Source: an uncultured Gammaproteobacteria bacterium (GTDB lineage Bacteria; Pseudomonadota; Gammaproteobacteria; SZUA-229). Taken from it: 64,000 nucleotides of DNA. Below are positions 27,952 through 37,790 of this stretch, piece by piece (positions within the stretch are counted from its first letter, which is position 1; each line of letters begins with the position of its first letter). The notes beneath the pieces are model-generated. The model worked only from the letters and a program-made list of their open reading frames with translations, had not been told where the DNA came from and searched no databases. A program made the position numbers and the translations under genes. The stretch spans positions 139,933 to 203,932 of the forward strand of contig CAVQDO010000023.1 of assembly GCA_963711255.1 (NCBI GenBank), written 5' to 3'.

Positions 27952-28039
27952 AATGTAAATGTGCCTGCCGCTAGTGCAGGTGGCACTTAGAAAGTTATAA
28001 ACCTATCCATAATTTATTAAACAGCAGGTTCTATCAGCT

Positions 28040-29581
28040 ATGTTAAATCGCCCAGATAAGTCCATTCGAGAACGATTGACGAAACTGGAGACGCATTTAA
28101 ATAATGAAAATCCATTGTTACTTGACGTAGTTTCGCGATTCAAAAAGCTTGATACAGTGGCCTATAAAATGGGCCTTCTGGATACGCGGGAATCCTATGC
28201 CACTAGTATTCCGTGGTGGCCGCTGGTTTCCATTCTTGGGACATTCTCTGCCGGTAAATCTTCATTTATCAATAATTTCCTCGGTGATAAATTACAGCTG
28301 ACCGGCAACCAGGCAGTCGATGATAAATTCACGGTAGTAACATACAGCAACAGCAAAGAACATCGTGTATTACCTGGCGTGGCGTTAAATTCTGATCCGC
28401 GTTTTCCTTTTTACCAGATGAGTGATGAGATCGATAAGGTTTCTATTGGTGAGGGCAGGCGTATTGATGCTTATCTGCAAATGAAAACATCGCATTCAGA
28501 TAAATTAAGCGGCAAGATTATTATCGATTCTCCCGGCTTTGATGCAGACGAACAACGTAATGCGATATTGCGTTTAACCGACCATATCGTTGATCTGTCA
28601 GATTTAGTGCTGGTGTTTTTTGATGCGCGCCACCCGGAACCGGGCGCCATGCATGATACCCTGGATCACCTTGTTGGTAATACGATTATTCGCAGTGATT
28701 CTGAAAAGTTTTTATATATACTCAACCAGATCGACACTGCGGCGCAGGAAGACAACCCTGAAGCGGTGGTCGCATCATGGCAACGTGCACTGGCGGCTAA
28801 AGGATTAACGGCCGGGCGTTTTTATACTATTTATAATCAGGATGTGGCTGTACCAATCGAAGATGTGGCGGTGCGTCAGCGTTTTGAGAAAAAATGTGAA
28901 CAGGATAAATCGGCCATATTTGAGCGTATACACCAGGTTGAAGTTGAACGCTCTTATCGTATTGTGGGTGCACTTGAGACAATAGCCACAGATATTGAGA
29001 GCCAGGTGGTTCCCATGGTTAAAGAAGCCATGACGCAATGGTTGAAACTGGTATTGAAACTTGATGCGGCAGCAATTGTCCTCTTTGTTATTTTATTATT
29101 TGCCCTGTCCCAGGTTTTTGATGCCTGGGCGCTGTTCTCTTATGATTTTTCTGCTGATAGTATTGTTTCTTCTATCAAGTTAGGCTTAACCTTAATTGGG
29201 TTTATTATCGTGCATTTTTATGCGCGCAGTTTTGCGGCGAAACGCATTGCTAAGAAGCTGGTGAGTAAAATTGTTATTGATAAAAGTCTGGCGGGTAAGC
29301 ATCGCGAAGGTAATACTCTGGCAGGAAATATTAAACAGGCTTTCCTGAAAAACACACAGCCACTACGCAGTATTTTCAGGCCAATGCCGGTTGGCTGGTC
29401 TATGCGTTCAAAACGTGTTCTGGCAGAAGTCATTGCAGATTCCAGTGAACTGATACAGACAATGAATGATCGTTATACACGGCCTTCCGGTGAAGCAGCG
29501 CCGCAACCGGCCGCTGCAGAAAGTGATACTGCAGAGGTCGAAACCTTGAAGGCAGTCAAGTCTTCAAGTGAGATAGAATAA
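28040..29581 (+). CDS. Dynamin-family (bacterial dynamin-like) GTPase with a C-terminal membrane hairpin
   Basis: 513 aa. G1 is GTFSAGKSSFIN, G3 is IIDSPGFD, and G4-like is ILNQIDT. Two C-terminal hydrophobic segments (AAAIVLFVILLFALSQVF and LGLTLIGFIIVHFYA). Confidence 0.75.
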   Translation: MLNRPDKSIRERLTKLETHLNNENPLLLDVVSRFKKLDTVAYKMGLLDTRESYATSIPWWPLVSILGTFSAGKSSFINNFLGDKLQLTGNQAVDDKFTVVTYSNSKEHRVLPGVALNSDPRFPFYQMSDEIDKVSIGEGRRIDAYLQMKTSHSDKLSGKIIIDSPGFDADEQRNAILRLTDHIVDLSDLVLVFFDARHPEPGAMHDTLDHLVGNTIIRSDSEKFLYILNQIDTAAQEDNPEAVVASWQRALAAKGLTAGRFYTIYNQDVAVPIEDVAVRQRFEKKCEQDKSAIFERIHQVEVERSYRIVGALETIATDIESQVVPMVKEAMTQWLKLVLKLDAAAIVLFVILLFALSQVFDAWALFSYDFSADSIVSSIKLGLTLIGFIIVHFYARSFAAKRIAKKLVSKIVIDKSLAGKHREGNTLAGNIKQAFLKNTQPLRSIFRPMPVGWSMRSKRVLAEVIADSSELIQTMNDRYTRPSGEAAPQPAAAESDTAEVETLKAVKSSSEIE

Positions 29582-29586
29582 TACGG

Positions 29587-30438
29587 TCAACCAGGGTTCG
29601 CTGTTGCCAGGCACTGACCCAGTTTGATTTCTGCCTCAGCGGTGATGTTCTCATTGAGTTTCATTTGCCGGGTCGCTAATACAATAACGGTTGACCCGAG
29701 ATTAAAGCGGCCCATTTCTTCGCCGCGTTTAAGAATAATATTCCTGCCGCTATAATCAAACCGCTTGATGCTTTTTGCTTCGCTGGTGACCAGTCCATGC
29801 CAGACCGTTTCAGTTGCAGAAACATTGATTGCACCCACCAGTATTAATGCCATTGGCCCCTGTTCTGTTTCAAAATAGCAGACACAGCGCTCATTACGGG
29901 CAAACAGTCGTGGAATGTGATTGACCGTATACGGTGCCACACTAAACAGGCGGCCGGGAATATACTGCATATGCTGCAGTACGCCGGTAGCGGGCATGTG
30001 TATACGATGATAATCCCTGGGCGATAAATACAGGGTGGCAAATTTCCCGTTTTTGAAGGTTTCTTCCAGTTTTTTATCACCGCCAACCAGTTCCAGCAGA
30101 TTGTATTCATGACCTTTGGCCTGAAATATACGACCATTTTTGATGGTCTGTGCCTGGCTGACGGCGCCGTCGACCGGGCATATCCAGCTGTTTTCATCTT
30201 CCTCCAGCGGACGCAGTTCAGGTTTTAATGCACGGGTAAAAAATGCATTGAGTGATTCATAAGCGAACATATCTTCTTCAATCGCTTCATGCATTTTTAT
30301 CGGGTTTAAACGGGTATATATTTTAATAATTAAATTTTTAAGCGGTGGCCAGCTGATACGGGCACCCTTGAACATAAGCCAGCTTATTGCATGATGTGGG
30401 AGTATATAAAAAAGTGACGCTAACAGCTTTTGTTTCAT
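29587..30438 (-). CDS. psd: Phosphatidylserine decarboxylase proenzyme
   Basis: 283 aa with the LGST self-cleavage motif (FNLGSTVIVL) and a typical Psd length and N-terminus. Confidence 0.92.
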   Translation of the reverse strand: MKQKLLASLFYILPHHAISWLMFKGARISWPPLKNLIIKIYTRLNPIKMHEAIEEDMFAYESLNAFFTRALKPELRPLEEDENSWICPVDGAVSQAQTIKNGRIFQAKGHEYNLLELVGGDKKLEETFKNGKFATLYLSPRDYHRIHMPATGVLQHMQYIPGRLFSVAPYTVNHIPRLFARNERCVCYFETEQGPMALILVGAINVSATETVWHGLVTSEAKSIKRFDYSGRNIILKRGEEMGRFNLGSTVIVLATRQMKLNENITAEAEIKLGQCLATANPG

Positions 30439-30464
30439 CTGAGTTTGTTTCTTTTTAGCAGTAT

Positions 30465-30911
30465 TTAGAATTGTGATTTTTTAACAGGCACAGTGATAGT
30501 CTTGATCTGGCCGTTATTAATCGAAAGTTTTATAGTGACGTTGTCAGCGGCTTTTAAAGGTTTCTTCGGGTTGAACAGCATGAAGTGTTTGCCGCCTCGT
30601 TGCAGCTGAATGCTGCCGTTAGCCGGTATGGTCAGGCTACTATAACGAAACATCCTTGCCATGCCATCTTCGTGAACGGTTTCGTGGAATTCGATGCTGC
30701 TGTATAGTTCTGACTCAGCACGAATAATTTCTATTTCCTCAGAACCTGTATTTTTTATGGTCATATACGCCACCATGACCTTGCTTACAGGCGGTGCTTC
30801 CGCAATCCAGGCATCTTCTATAACCAGGCCGGTGGCACTGCTTTCATTGGCCGACAGCAGTGCAGGAAAAGCAAATATAAGAAATAATAGAGAAATAATG
30901 GATTTGATCAT
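30465..30911 (-). CDS. Periplasmic copper chaperone PCu(A)C (DUF461)
   Basis: Signal peptide, then AYMTIKNTG ... IEFHETVHEDGMARM ... GGKHFMLFN, matching the H(M)x10Mx21HxM-type copper site region. Confidence 0.8.
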   Translation of the reverse strand: MIKSIISLLFLIFAFPALLSANESSATGLVIEDAWIAEAPPVSKVMVAYMTIKNTGSEEIEIIRAESELYSSIEFHETVHEDGMARMFRYSSLTIPANGSIQLQRGGKHFMLFNPKKPLKAADNVTIKLSINNGQIKTITVPVKKSQF

Positions 30912-31005
30912 GACGGTTTCTGCGCGGGTATTTGGATACTGATTATAATCGCAATCTGGCGGGCATGGAAGTCACCAGAGCTTATTGATTATTGTGTACA
31001 ATGTA

Positions 31006-31944
31006 ATGATGATAGATAAACGTGAAATAGCCAATGATCTGATCACCATGCGTGACCTGATTCGTTGGGGAACCAGCCAGTTTAATGCGGCTGAGCTCAG
31101 CTTTGTTCAGGGTATGCCAAGTGCGATCGATGAGGCGGTTTACCTGTGTTTAAGCGCCTTGCATCTACCGCCAGATTTTAGCGAAGAATATTTTGACTGT
31201 GTACTGACCATGGATGAGCGCCTGCACGTGCTAAGTCTGTTTCAGCAGCGCATTGAGCTGCGTAAACCTTCAGCTTATATAACCAATGAAGCCTGGTTTG
31301 CCGGTTTGAGCTTTTATGTTGATGAAAGGGTGTTGATTCCGCGCTCACCGATCGCTGAACTGATACAGCAGCAATTTTCACCATGGCTGCAATCCATGCA
31401 GGTTAATAATATTCTGGATTTGTGTACCGGCAGCGGCTGTATTGCTATTGCCTGTGCCTATGCGTTTGAGATGGCGCATGTCGATGCCAGTGATATTTCA
31501 CCTGATGCCCTGGCGGTGGCAGAAATTAATCGACAGAATCATGGTCTGCAGGATCAGCTGACTTTGATTGAATCTGACCTGTTTGAATCGATCAGTAAAA
31601 AACCTTATGACATTATTGTGAGTAATCCGCCTTATGTGTCAACACAGGAAATGTCTGAGCTGGCGGACGAATTTGATCACGAGCCGGGGGAGCTGGCGCT
31701 GTCTGCAGGCGAATCTGGTATGGATATTGTGTTGCCGATGCTGCTCCAGGCAAGGGACTATTTGAGTGATGATGGTATCCTGGTCGTTGAGGTGGGTTAT
31801 TCGCAGCATTTACTGGAGCAGTTATTGCCCAGGGTGCCATTTTACTGGGTGGAATTTGAGTTTGGCGGCGACGGTGTGTTCGTGCTAACCGCGCAGCAGC
31901 TGGAAACTCATCAGGCTGACTTCGAGCGAGCGCTGAAGCCATAA
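31006..31944 (+). CDS. prmB: Ribosomal protein L3 N5-glutamine methyltransferase
   Basis: Colinear with E. coli PrmB as recalled (YVDERVLIPRSPIAELI, ILDLCTGSGCIAIACAYAF, VSNPPYV, GGDGVFVLT). The track start is TTG 30985; I prefer the ATG at 31006. Confidence 0.9.
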   Translation: MMIDKREIANDLITMRDLIRWGTSQFNAAELSFVQGMPSAIDEAVYLCLSALHLPPDFSEEYFDCVLTMDERLHVLSLFQQRIELRKPSAYITNEAWFAGLSFYVDERVLIPRSPIAELIQQQFSPWLQSMQVNNILDLCTGSGCIAIACAYAFEMAHVDASDISPDALAVAEINRQNHGLQDQLTLIESDLFESISKKPYDIIVSNPPYVSTQEMSELADEFDHEPGELALSAGESGMDIVLPMLLQARDYLSDDGILVVEVGYSQHLLEQLLPRVPFYWVEFEFGGDGVFVLTAQQLETHQADFERALKP

Positions 31945-32040
31945 AGATTTACATTATGGCTTGCGTGAAATATTCATAATCATAAGCTGATATGGCGTGT
32001 TAATATCGGTTTTCACAAGAACACTATTTAAGTTGATTAT

Positions 32041-33138
32041 ATGTCTGGAAATACAATAGGAAAATTATTCAGTTTAACCACGGCGGGTGAGTCGCACGGC
32101 GCCGGCCTGGTTGGCATAATTGATGGCTGCCCACCGGGAATTGAGTTAAGCGAAGAGGATTTGCAGATAGATCTGGATCGCCGTAAACCCGGAACTTCAC
32201 GTCACACCACGCAGCGCAGAGAAGACGATATAGTTAAAATTTATTCCGGCGTATTTGAAGGAAAAACAACAGGTACCAGTATTGGCCTTTTGATCGAAAA
32301 TACCGATCAGCGTTCGAAAGACTACGGTAATATTATGGACCGTTTCCGTCCTGGTCATGCCGATTATACCTACCAGCAAAAATACGGTATCCGCGATTAT
32401 CGCGGCGGTGGACGTTCTTCGGCGCGCGAAACTGCAATGCGGGTTGCCGGCGGCGGTATTGCCAAAAAATTTCTCAAAGACCGTTACGGAATAGAAATCT
32501 ACGGTTATATGTCTCAGCTGGGCCCGATAGCGATGCCGATGCTGGATAAAAACGAAATAAATAATAATGCCTTTTTCTGTGGTGATAGCGCGAAGGTTGG
32601 CGAACTTGAAAGCTATATGGATGCGCTCCGCAAAGAGGGTAACTCTGTTGGCGGAAAAATCACTGTGGTAGCGACAGGTGTTCCACCCGGTCTGGGCGAG
32701 CCTGTGTTTGATCGTCTGGATGCGGATATCGCACACGCCATGATGGGCATTAATGCCGCCAAGGGTGTTGAGATTGGTGATGGTTTTGGCTGTGTTGCAG
32801 CCAAGGGTACCGAGTTCCGCGATGAAATGTCGCCGGAAGGTTTTAAATCCAATCATGCCGGCGGCGTGCTCGGCGGTATTTCTTCGGGCCAGGATATTGT
32901 CGTGCATACCGCATTTAAACCAACGTCAAGTATTCGTCTTTCGGGTGATACCGTGGATGTAGAAGGTCACGCCATTGACGTTGTAACCCATGGTCGACAT
33001 GATCCCTGTGTCGCGATTCGTGCTACGCCTATTTGTGAAGCCATGCTGGCGATTGTTTTATGTGACCATTTATTGCGTCAGCGCGGACAGAATATGGACG
33101 TGCATTCACAAACACCGGTTATTCCATCGCATAGCTAG
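32041..33138 (+). CDS. aroC: Chorismate synthase
   Basis: 365 aa with [29 protein letters not shown] and [11 protein letters not shown]. Confidence 0.96.
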   Translation: MSGNTIGKLFSLTTAGESHGAGLVGIIDGCPPGIELSEEDLQIDLDRRKPGTSRHTTQRREDDIVKIYSGVFEGKTTGTSIGLLIENTDQRSKDYGNIMDRFRPGHADYTYQQKYGIRDYRGGGRSSARETAMRVAGGGIAKKFLKDRYGIEIYGYMSQLGPIAMPMLDKNEINNNAFFCGDSAKVGELESYMDALRKEGNSVGGKITVVATGVPPGLGEPVFDRLDADIAHAMMGINAAKGVEIGDGFGCVAAKGTEFRDEMSPEGFKSNHAGGVLGGISSGQDIVVHTAFKPTSSIRLSGDTVDVEGHAIDVVTHGRHDPCVAIRATPICEAMLAIVLCDHLLRQRGQNMDVHSQTPVIPSHS

Positions 33139-33185
33139 GCAGCCGTTAACAAGTTGTCTCTAACACTTTAATCGATGTTTAGGTA

Positions 33186-34334
33186 ATGGATAAAACAACC
33201 GGCATACCTTACTGGCGACTCAGCGGCTTTTATTTTTTCTATTTCGCTTCACTGGGTGTTCTGATTCCCTACTGGAGCCTGTATTTAAAATCGCTTGGTT
33301 ATAGCAGTTTTATTATAGGCGGGCTGGTCGCTATATTGCCGGCTACTAAACTGGTGGCACCCTATATCTGGGGCTGGCTTGCTGACCATACGCGCCGCTC
33401 GATGCTTATTATTCGGGCTGCCAGTGTGCTGGCATTACTGAGTTTTTCATTAGTGTTTGTCAGTCAGCAGCTCTGGTGGCTTACCTTTGCCATGGTGCTG
33501 TTCAGTTTTTTCTGGAATGCAACCTTGCCGCAATTTGAAGCCATGACGCTTAACCATCTGGGCAATGATAGTCATCGTTACAGTATGGTTCGATTATGGG
33601 GTTCGCTGGGTTTTATTGTTCTGGTGGTGATCATTGGTGATTTGCTGCAGCAATATGGCGCCGAAATAATACCGCTGGCCGTGTTAATAACCTTTGTTGT
33701 TATTGCGATAAGCAGTTTTATTGTACCGGAAAAACTCAATACGCCGCATACCGATCATTCGCCCATCTGGCACGTCATTAAACAGCCCAAAGTGCTGGCA
33801 TTTATCGTCGTTTGTTTTTTGATGTTATGCAGTCACGGGCCGTATTACACTTTTTATACTATTTACCTGGAAGAGCAGGGATACAGTTCGCACACTATAG
33901 GTGTGCTGTGGGCAGTGGGTGTGCTTGCGGAAGTGGTTATCTTTTTAATAATGCATCGTCTGCTGCCGTTTTTTGGTACGCGCAAGCTGCTGATTGTAAC
34001 CCTGGTTTTAACCACTATTCGCTGGTTAATGATTGGTTTTTTTGTTGATGACCTGTCTATGTTGTTTCTGGCACAGCTTATCCATGCTTTTTCCTTTGGT
34101 GTATTCCATGCTGTCGGCATAGCCCTGGTACATGATTACTTTACTGGCAGTCATCAGGGCAGGGGGCAGGCATTGTATTCCAGCGTCAGTTTTGGCGCCG
34201 GTGTTGCCGTGGGCAGTTTGATTAGCGGCATGGTCTGGGATTTATGGGGTGCGGGGGTGCTGTTTAGTTTTGCCTCCTGCTGTACTCTGCTGGCGCTGGC
34301 GATTGTGTGGAAGTTTGTCGAAGCGCCAGCCTGA
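33186..34334 (+). CDS. MFS transporter (HcaT/nucleoside-symporter-like subgroup)
   Basis: 382 aa, about 12 hydrophobic segments, N-terminus YWRLSGFYFFYFASLGVLIPYWSLYL. Confidence 0.75.
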   Translation: MDKTTGIPYWRLSGFYFFYFASLGVLIPYWSLYLKSLGYSSFIIGGLVAILPATKLVAPYIWGWLADHTRRSMLIIRAASVLALLSFSLVFVSQQLWWLTFAMVLFSFFWNATLPQFEAMTLNHLGNDSHRYSMVRLWGSLGFIVLVVIIGDLLQQYGAEIIPLAVLITFVVIAISSFIVPEKLNTPHTDHSPIWHVIKQPKVLAFIVVCFLMLCSHGPYYTFYTIYLEEQGYSSHTIGVLWAVGVLAEVVIFLIMHRLLPFFGTRKLLIVTLVLTTIRWLMIGFFVDDLSMLFLAQLIHAFSFGVFHAVGIALVHDYFTGSHQGRGQALYSSVSFGAGVAVGSLISGMVWDLWGAGVLFSFASCCTLLALAIVWKFVEAPA

Positions 34335-34335
34335 T

Positions 34336-35202
34336 TCAGCTTAAGTTTTTCAATGTTTTCAGCAGGGCGTTAGCTGGTCCGGATAAGGTTCTTGCAGCGT
34401 GCAGTAATACACCAAGGTGTCTTTCCATTTTTACTTTTTTAATATTCAATTGAGACAATGAATCGTCCATCATTGATTCTGGCAATATTCCCCAGCCCAG
34501 CCCGTTTTGTATCATGGCTTTAATGGTTTCCAGGTAATTGGATTCCATTATGATTTTAATATGCTCATCCAGCTGCAGTGCCTGGTCAATAATGTCTCGC
34601 GTATGCGTATTGTGAGACTGTAATAACACGCCGTGTTCTGATAATTGTGACCGCGTAACCGTCTTCTGCAATGCCAGGGGGTGATCAATGGCGGCGACAC
34701 ATAGCATACGATCAGTCCATACGGGTATAGTTGTTAATGGTAGTTCGATATTGTCCGGCAGCGTAATCAGTGCCAGTTCGATACGGCCTTTTAAAATTAA
34801 TTCGGCAGCCTGTTCTGAATCCATAAACTGAATGTCCAGTTCCACTTCTGGAAACTGCCGGGTGTATTGCCGCAGGGCAGGCGGTAATCGATGCAGCCCG
34901 ATATGATGACTGGTGCCAAATTTAAGGTGCCCGCTGACCTCGGTTCTCAGTGTGCTAATAATACGCCGGCTTTCATCCAGTTCGGCCAGAATGCGTCGGT
35001 AGCTTGGAATGATCGCTGCGCCCGCCTGGGTTAGCTGAATGTTTTTACCGAGGCGGTCGAACAGCTGGCAGTCAAGAGCAAGTTCAAGAGTTGAAATGCG
35101 TTTGCTGATGGCAGGCTGGGTAATAAACAGTTTATCTGCAGCGCGCGAAAAAGAGCCGGTTTCTGCCACCATCAAAAATGCTCGAATATTCTGAATGTCC
35201 AT
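34336..35202 (-). CDS. LysR-family transcriptional regulator (divergent from leuC)
   Basis: N-terminal wHTH (FSRAADKLFITQPAISKRISTLE) plus a LysR substrate-binding region; 288 aa. Confidence 0.9.
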   Translation of the reverse strand: MDIQNIRAFLMVAETGSFSRAADKLFITQPAISKRISTLELALDCQLFDRLGKNIQLTQAGAAIIPSYRRILAELDESRRIISTLRTEVSGHLKFGTSHHIGLHRLPPALRQYTRQFPEVELDIQFMDSEQAAELILKGRIELALITLPDNIELPLTTIPVWTDRMLCVAAIDHPLALQKTVTRSQLSEHGVLLQSHNTHTRDIIDQALQLDEHIKIIMESNYLETIKAMIQNGLGWGILPESMMDDSLSQLNIKKVKMERHLGVLLHAARTLSGPANALLKTLKNLS

Positions 35203-35359
35203 TGCTTCAGTATAATAGTGTTATAACTAAAAGTAATCAATAATATAAAAATTATGAATTTGTTTTATATTGAAATTAAGACTAATCTTGCTTCATTAAT
35301 AACAGCTATTCCTCGACGGCCCGTCGCTGAATGGTATATACGCCAGGAGGGATATCATA

Positions 35360-36772
35360 ATGAGTAGTGATATGAACAAGGCAAAAACACTTTACGATAA
35401 ATTATGGGATGACCATGTCGTGCGTGCTGAAGACGATGGTACGGCTTTACTGTATATCGATCGTCACCTGGTGCATGAAGTCACTTCGCCGCAGGCATTT
35501 GAAGGTTTGCGCCTGGCCGGTCGCAAGCCGTGGCGAATCAGTTCCATCGTTGCTGTGCCCGACCATAATGTACCGACAACTGATCGCAGTCAGGGCATTA
35601 CCGATCCAGTTGCAAGGTTACAGGTTGAAACCCTGGACAGTAACTGTGCTGAATTTGGTTTAACTGAATTTACTATGTCCGATGTACGCCAGGGTATTGT
35701 GCATGTTATCGGTCCGGAGCAGGGCGCGACGCTACCGGGTATGACGGTGGTGTGCGGCGATTCGCACACCTCAACACACGGTGCATTTGGTGCATTAGCG
35801 TTTGGTATCGGAACCTCCGAAGTAGAACATGTGCTGGCTACACAATGCTTAATGCAAAATAAAAGCATGAATATGCTGGTGTCTGTCGACGGTGAAGTGC
35901 GCCCCGGCGTGACAGCGAAAGATATCGTGTTGGCTATTATTGGTGAAATAGGAACCGCCGGTGGCACCGGTTATGCGATTGAATTTGGCGGTGATGCTAT
36001 TCGTGCTTTATCGATTGAGGGCCGCATGACTGTCTGTAATATGGCTATCGAAGCCGGTGCCAGGGCCGGTATGGTTGCTGTTGATCAAACCACCATAGAT
36101 TATGTTAAAGGCCGTCCTTTTTCTCCTGTTGGAGATGCCCTGCAGAAGGCAGAAGCCTACTGGTCAACTTTGCACAGTGACGCTGATGCCACTTTTGATA
36201 AAGTTGTACGCCTTAATGCGGCTGATATCAAACCGCAGGTGACCTGGGGAACTTCGCCGGAAATGGTGGTAGCTGTTGATGCTGTTGTACCTGACCCGGA
36301 CGCGGTCAGTGATAAAGTTAAAGCCGATGGCATGCGCAAGGCGCTTGCCTACATGGGGCTGAAAGCGGGAACGCCTATTACCGAAATCAAGCTTGATAAA
36401 GTATTTATTGGTTCCTGCACTAATTCACGTATTGAAGATTTGCGTCAGGCTGCACAGGTTGCAGCGGGCAGGAAGGTCGCAGCTAACGTAAAACTGGCGA
36501 TGGTTGTGCCGGGTTCCGGGCTGGTGAAAAAACAGGCAGAAAAGGAAGGACTGGATAAGATTTTTATTGAAGCTGGATTCGAATGGCGTGAGCCGGGCTG
36601 CTCCATGTGTCTTGCCATGAATGCGGATCGCCTGGAATCGGGTGAGCGCTGTGCCTCAACATCAAATCGTAATTTTGAGGGCAGGCAGGGACAGGGCGGT
36701 CGTACCCACCTGGTTAGCCCGGCTATGGCAGCAGCGGCTGCGGTGAACGGGCATTTTGTTGATATAGCGTGA
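35360..36772 (+). CDS. leuC: 3-isopropylmalate dehydratase large subunit
   Basis: 470 aa with aconitase-family Fe-S ligand motifs VCGDSHT, GSCTNSR and GCSMCLAMN. Confidence 0.96.
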   Translation: MSSDMNKAKTLYDKLWDDHVVRAEDDGTALLYIDRHLVHEVTSPQAFEGLRLAGRKPWRISSIVAVPDHNVPTTDRSQGITDPVARLQVETLDSNCAEFGLTEFTMSDVRQGIVHVIGPEQGATLPGMTVVCGDSHTSTHGAFGALAFGIGTSEVEHVLATQCLMQNKSMNMLVSVDGEVRPGVTAKDIVLAIIGEIGTAGGTGYAIEFGGDAIRALSIEGRMTVCNMAIEAGARAGMVAVDQTTIDYVKGRPFSPVGDALQKAEAYWSTLHSDADATFDKVVRLNAADIKPQVTWGTSPEMVVAVDAVVPDPDAVSDKVKADGMRKALAYMGLKAGTPITEIKLDKVFIGSCTNSRIEDLRQAAQVAAGRKVAANVKLAMVVPGSGLVKKQAEKEGLDKIFIEAGFEWREPGCSMCLAMNADRLESGERCASTSNRNFEGRQGQGGRTHLVSPAMAAAAAVNGHFVDIA

Positions 36773-36786
36773 TGAAGGTTCGAACA

Positions 36787-36963
36787 ATGAAATTTATAAA
36801 TCATTTAATCAATCATTTATTGGTCGTGTTGGTTAGCCTGTTTGTTTTAAGTGCATGCAGCAACACCTGGGAAGGCATTAAAAAAGATTCCAGTGAGGCT
36901 GGTAAAGCTATCGGCGAAGTAACAGAAGAAGCCGGAAAAACAATCAAAGAGGCAGCAGAATAA
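36787..36963 (+). CDS. Small lipoprotein, entericidin A/B-like
   Basis: 58 aa from ATG 36787. It has a lipobox (LSAC) followed by [10 protein letters not shown], as in entericidin-type lipoproteins. It is wedged between leuC and leuD, and its stop overlaps the leuD ATG (TAATG). Alternative starts are GTG 36769 and ATG 36772, which overlap the leuC stop. Confidence 0.55.
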   Translation: MKFINHLINHLLVVLVSLFVLSACSNTWEGIKKDSSEAGKAIGEVTEEAGKTIKEAAE

Positions 36964-37598
36964 TGCAGGCATTTACCCAGCACAGAGGAATAGTTGCGCC
37001 GTTAGATCGGCCAAATGTTGATACCGATGCGATTATTCCGAAACAGTTTTTAAAGTCGATTAAACGTTCCGGTTTCGGCCCCAACGCTTTTGATGACTGG
37101 CGCTATCTTGATGAGGGCGGCCCGGGAATCGATAATGACAGCCGGCGTCCTAACCCGGATTTCATATTAAATCAGCCGCCGTTTGACAAGTCGACTATTC
37201 TACTTGCTCGTGAGAACTTTGGTTGCGGTTCATCTCGTGAGCACGCGGTCTGGGCACTGGATGATTTCGGTTTCCGCGCTGTTATTGCAACGAGCTTTGC
37301 CGACATTTTTTATAACAACAGTTTTAAAAACGGCTTATTACCAATAGCGCTGGATGCCGGTATTGTCGACGAGCTGTTTAAACGGGTACAGGCTAATCAT
37401 GGTCTGGAAGTTTCAATCGACCTGGAAGCCCAGACAGTCAGCTGCGAAGGTGAAGTAGTTGCCAGTTTTGAAATCGACGAGTTTCGTAAACACTGTATGT
37501 TAAACGGTCTGGATGATATTGCACTGACTTTGCAGCACGCAGATGAAATTACTCAATATGAAGAGAGCAGGAAACAGTCTGCTCCGTGGTTGTTTTAG
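36963..37598 (+). CDS. leuD: 3-isopropylmalate dehydratase small subunit
   Basis: 211 aa with [14 protein letters not shown] and [13 protein letters not shown]. Confidence 0.95.
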   Translation: MQAFTQHRGIVAPLDRPNVDTDAIIPKQFLKSIKRSGFGPNAFDDWRYLDEGGPGIDNDSRRPNPDFILNQPPFDKSTILLARENFGCGSSREHAVWALDDFGFRAVIATSFADIFYNNSFKNGLLPIALDAGIVDELFKRVQANHGLEVSIDLEAQTVSCEGEVVASFEIDEFRKHCMLNGLDDIALTLQHADEITQYEESRKQSAPWLF

Positions 37599-37611
37599 AA
37601 AAGCATTTTTA

Positions 37612-37708
37612 CCGCAGAGACGCGGAGGCGCAGAGAAAAACTTTTTTATTTTTTGCTGCACCGCAGGTGCAACAAAAAAACTAACTCTGCGCCTCCGCGT
37701 CTCTGCGG
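37612..37708. repeat. Nested palindromic extragenic element, copy 2 (REP/MITE-like)
   Basis: The arms at 37612-37635 and 37685-37708 are identical to those of copy 1 and are perfect reverse complements. The interior differs but again has an apical hairpin tgcacc-gca-ggtgca flanked by T6/A6. It lies between leuD and leuB. Confidence 0.85.
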
Positions 37709-37790
37709 TAAATAATCTTTATATTTAGCTCGAGTTTACAAGTTGGCGTATAATACGCCCAATTTTATTGGTTTAATTTTAGAGAAAAAC

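Noticed and set aside
32197-32907. 236-aa minus-strand ORF
   Set aside because: It lies fully inside and antisense to aroC, whose identity is unambiguous.
37743-37790. N-terminal extensions of track ORFs that use TTG or GTG starts (leuB 37743, trpF 44129, DUF1223 54701, DUF5666 56226, crp 59134, proS 61492, MIF 63853, htpX 7469, prmB 30985)
   Set aside because: The homologous N-termini, signal peptides or RBS positions fit the downstream ATG. Several of the extensions overlap neighbouring genes or terminators.
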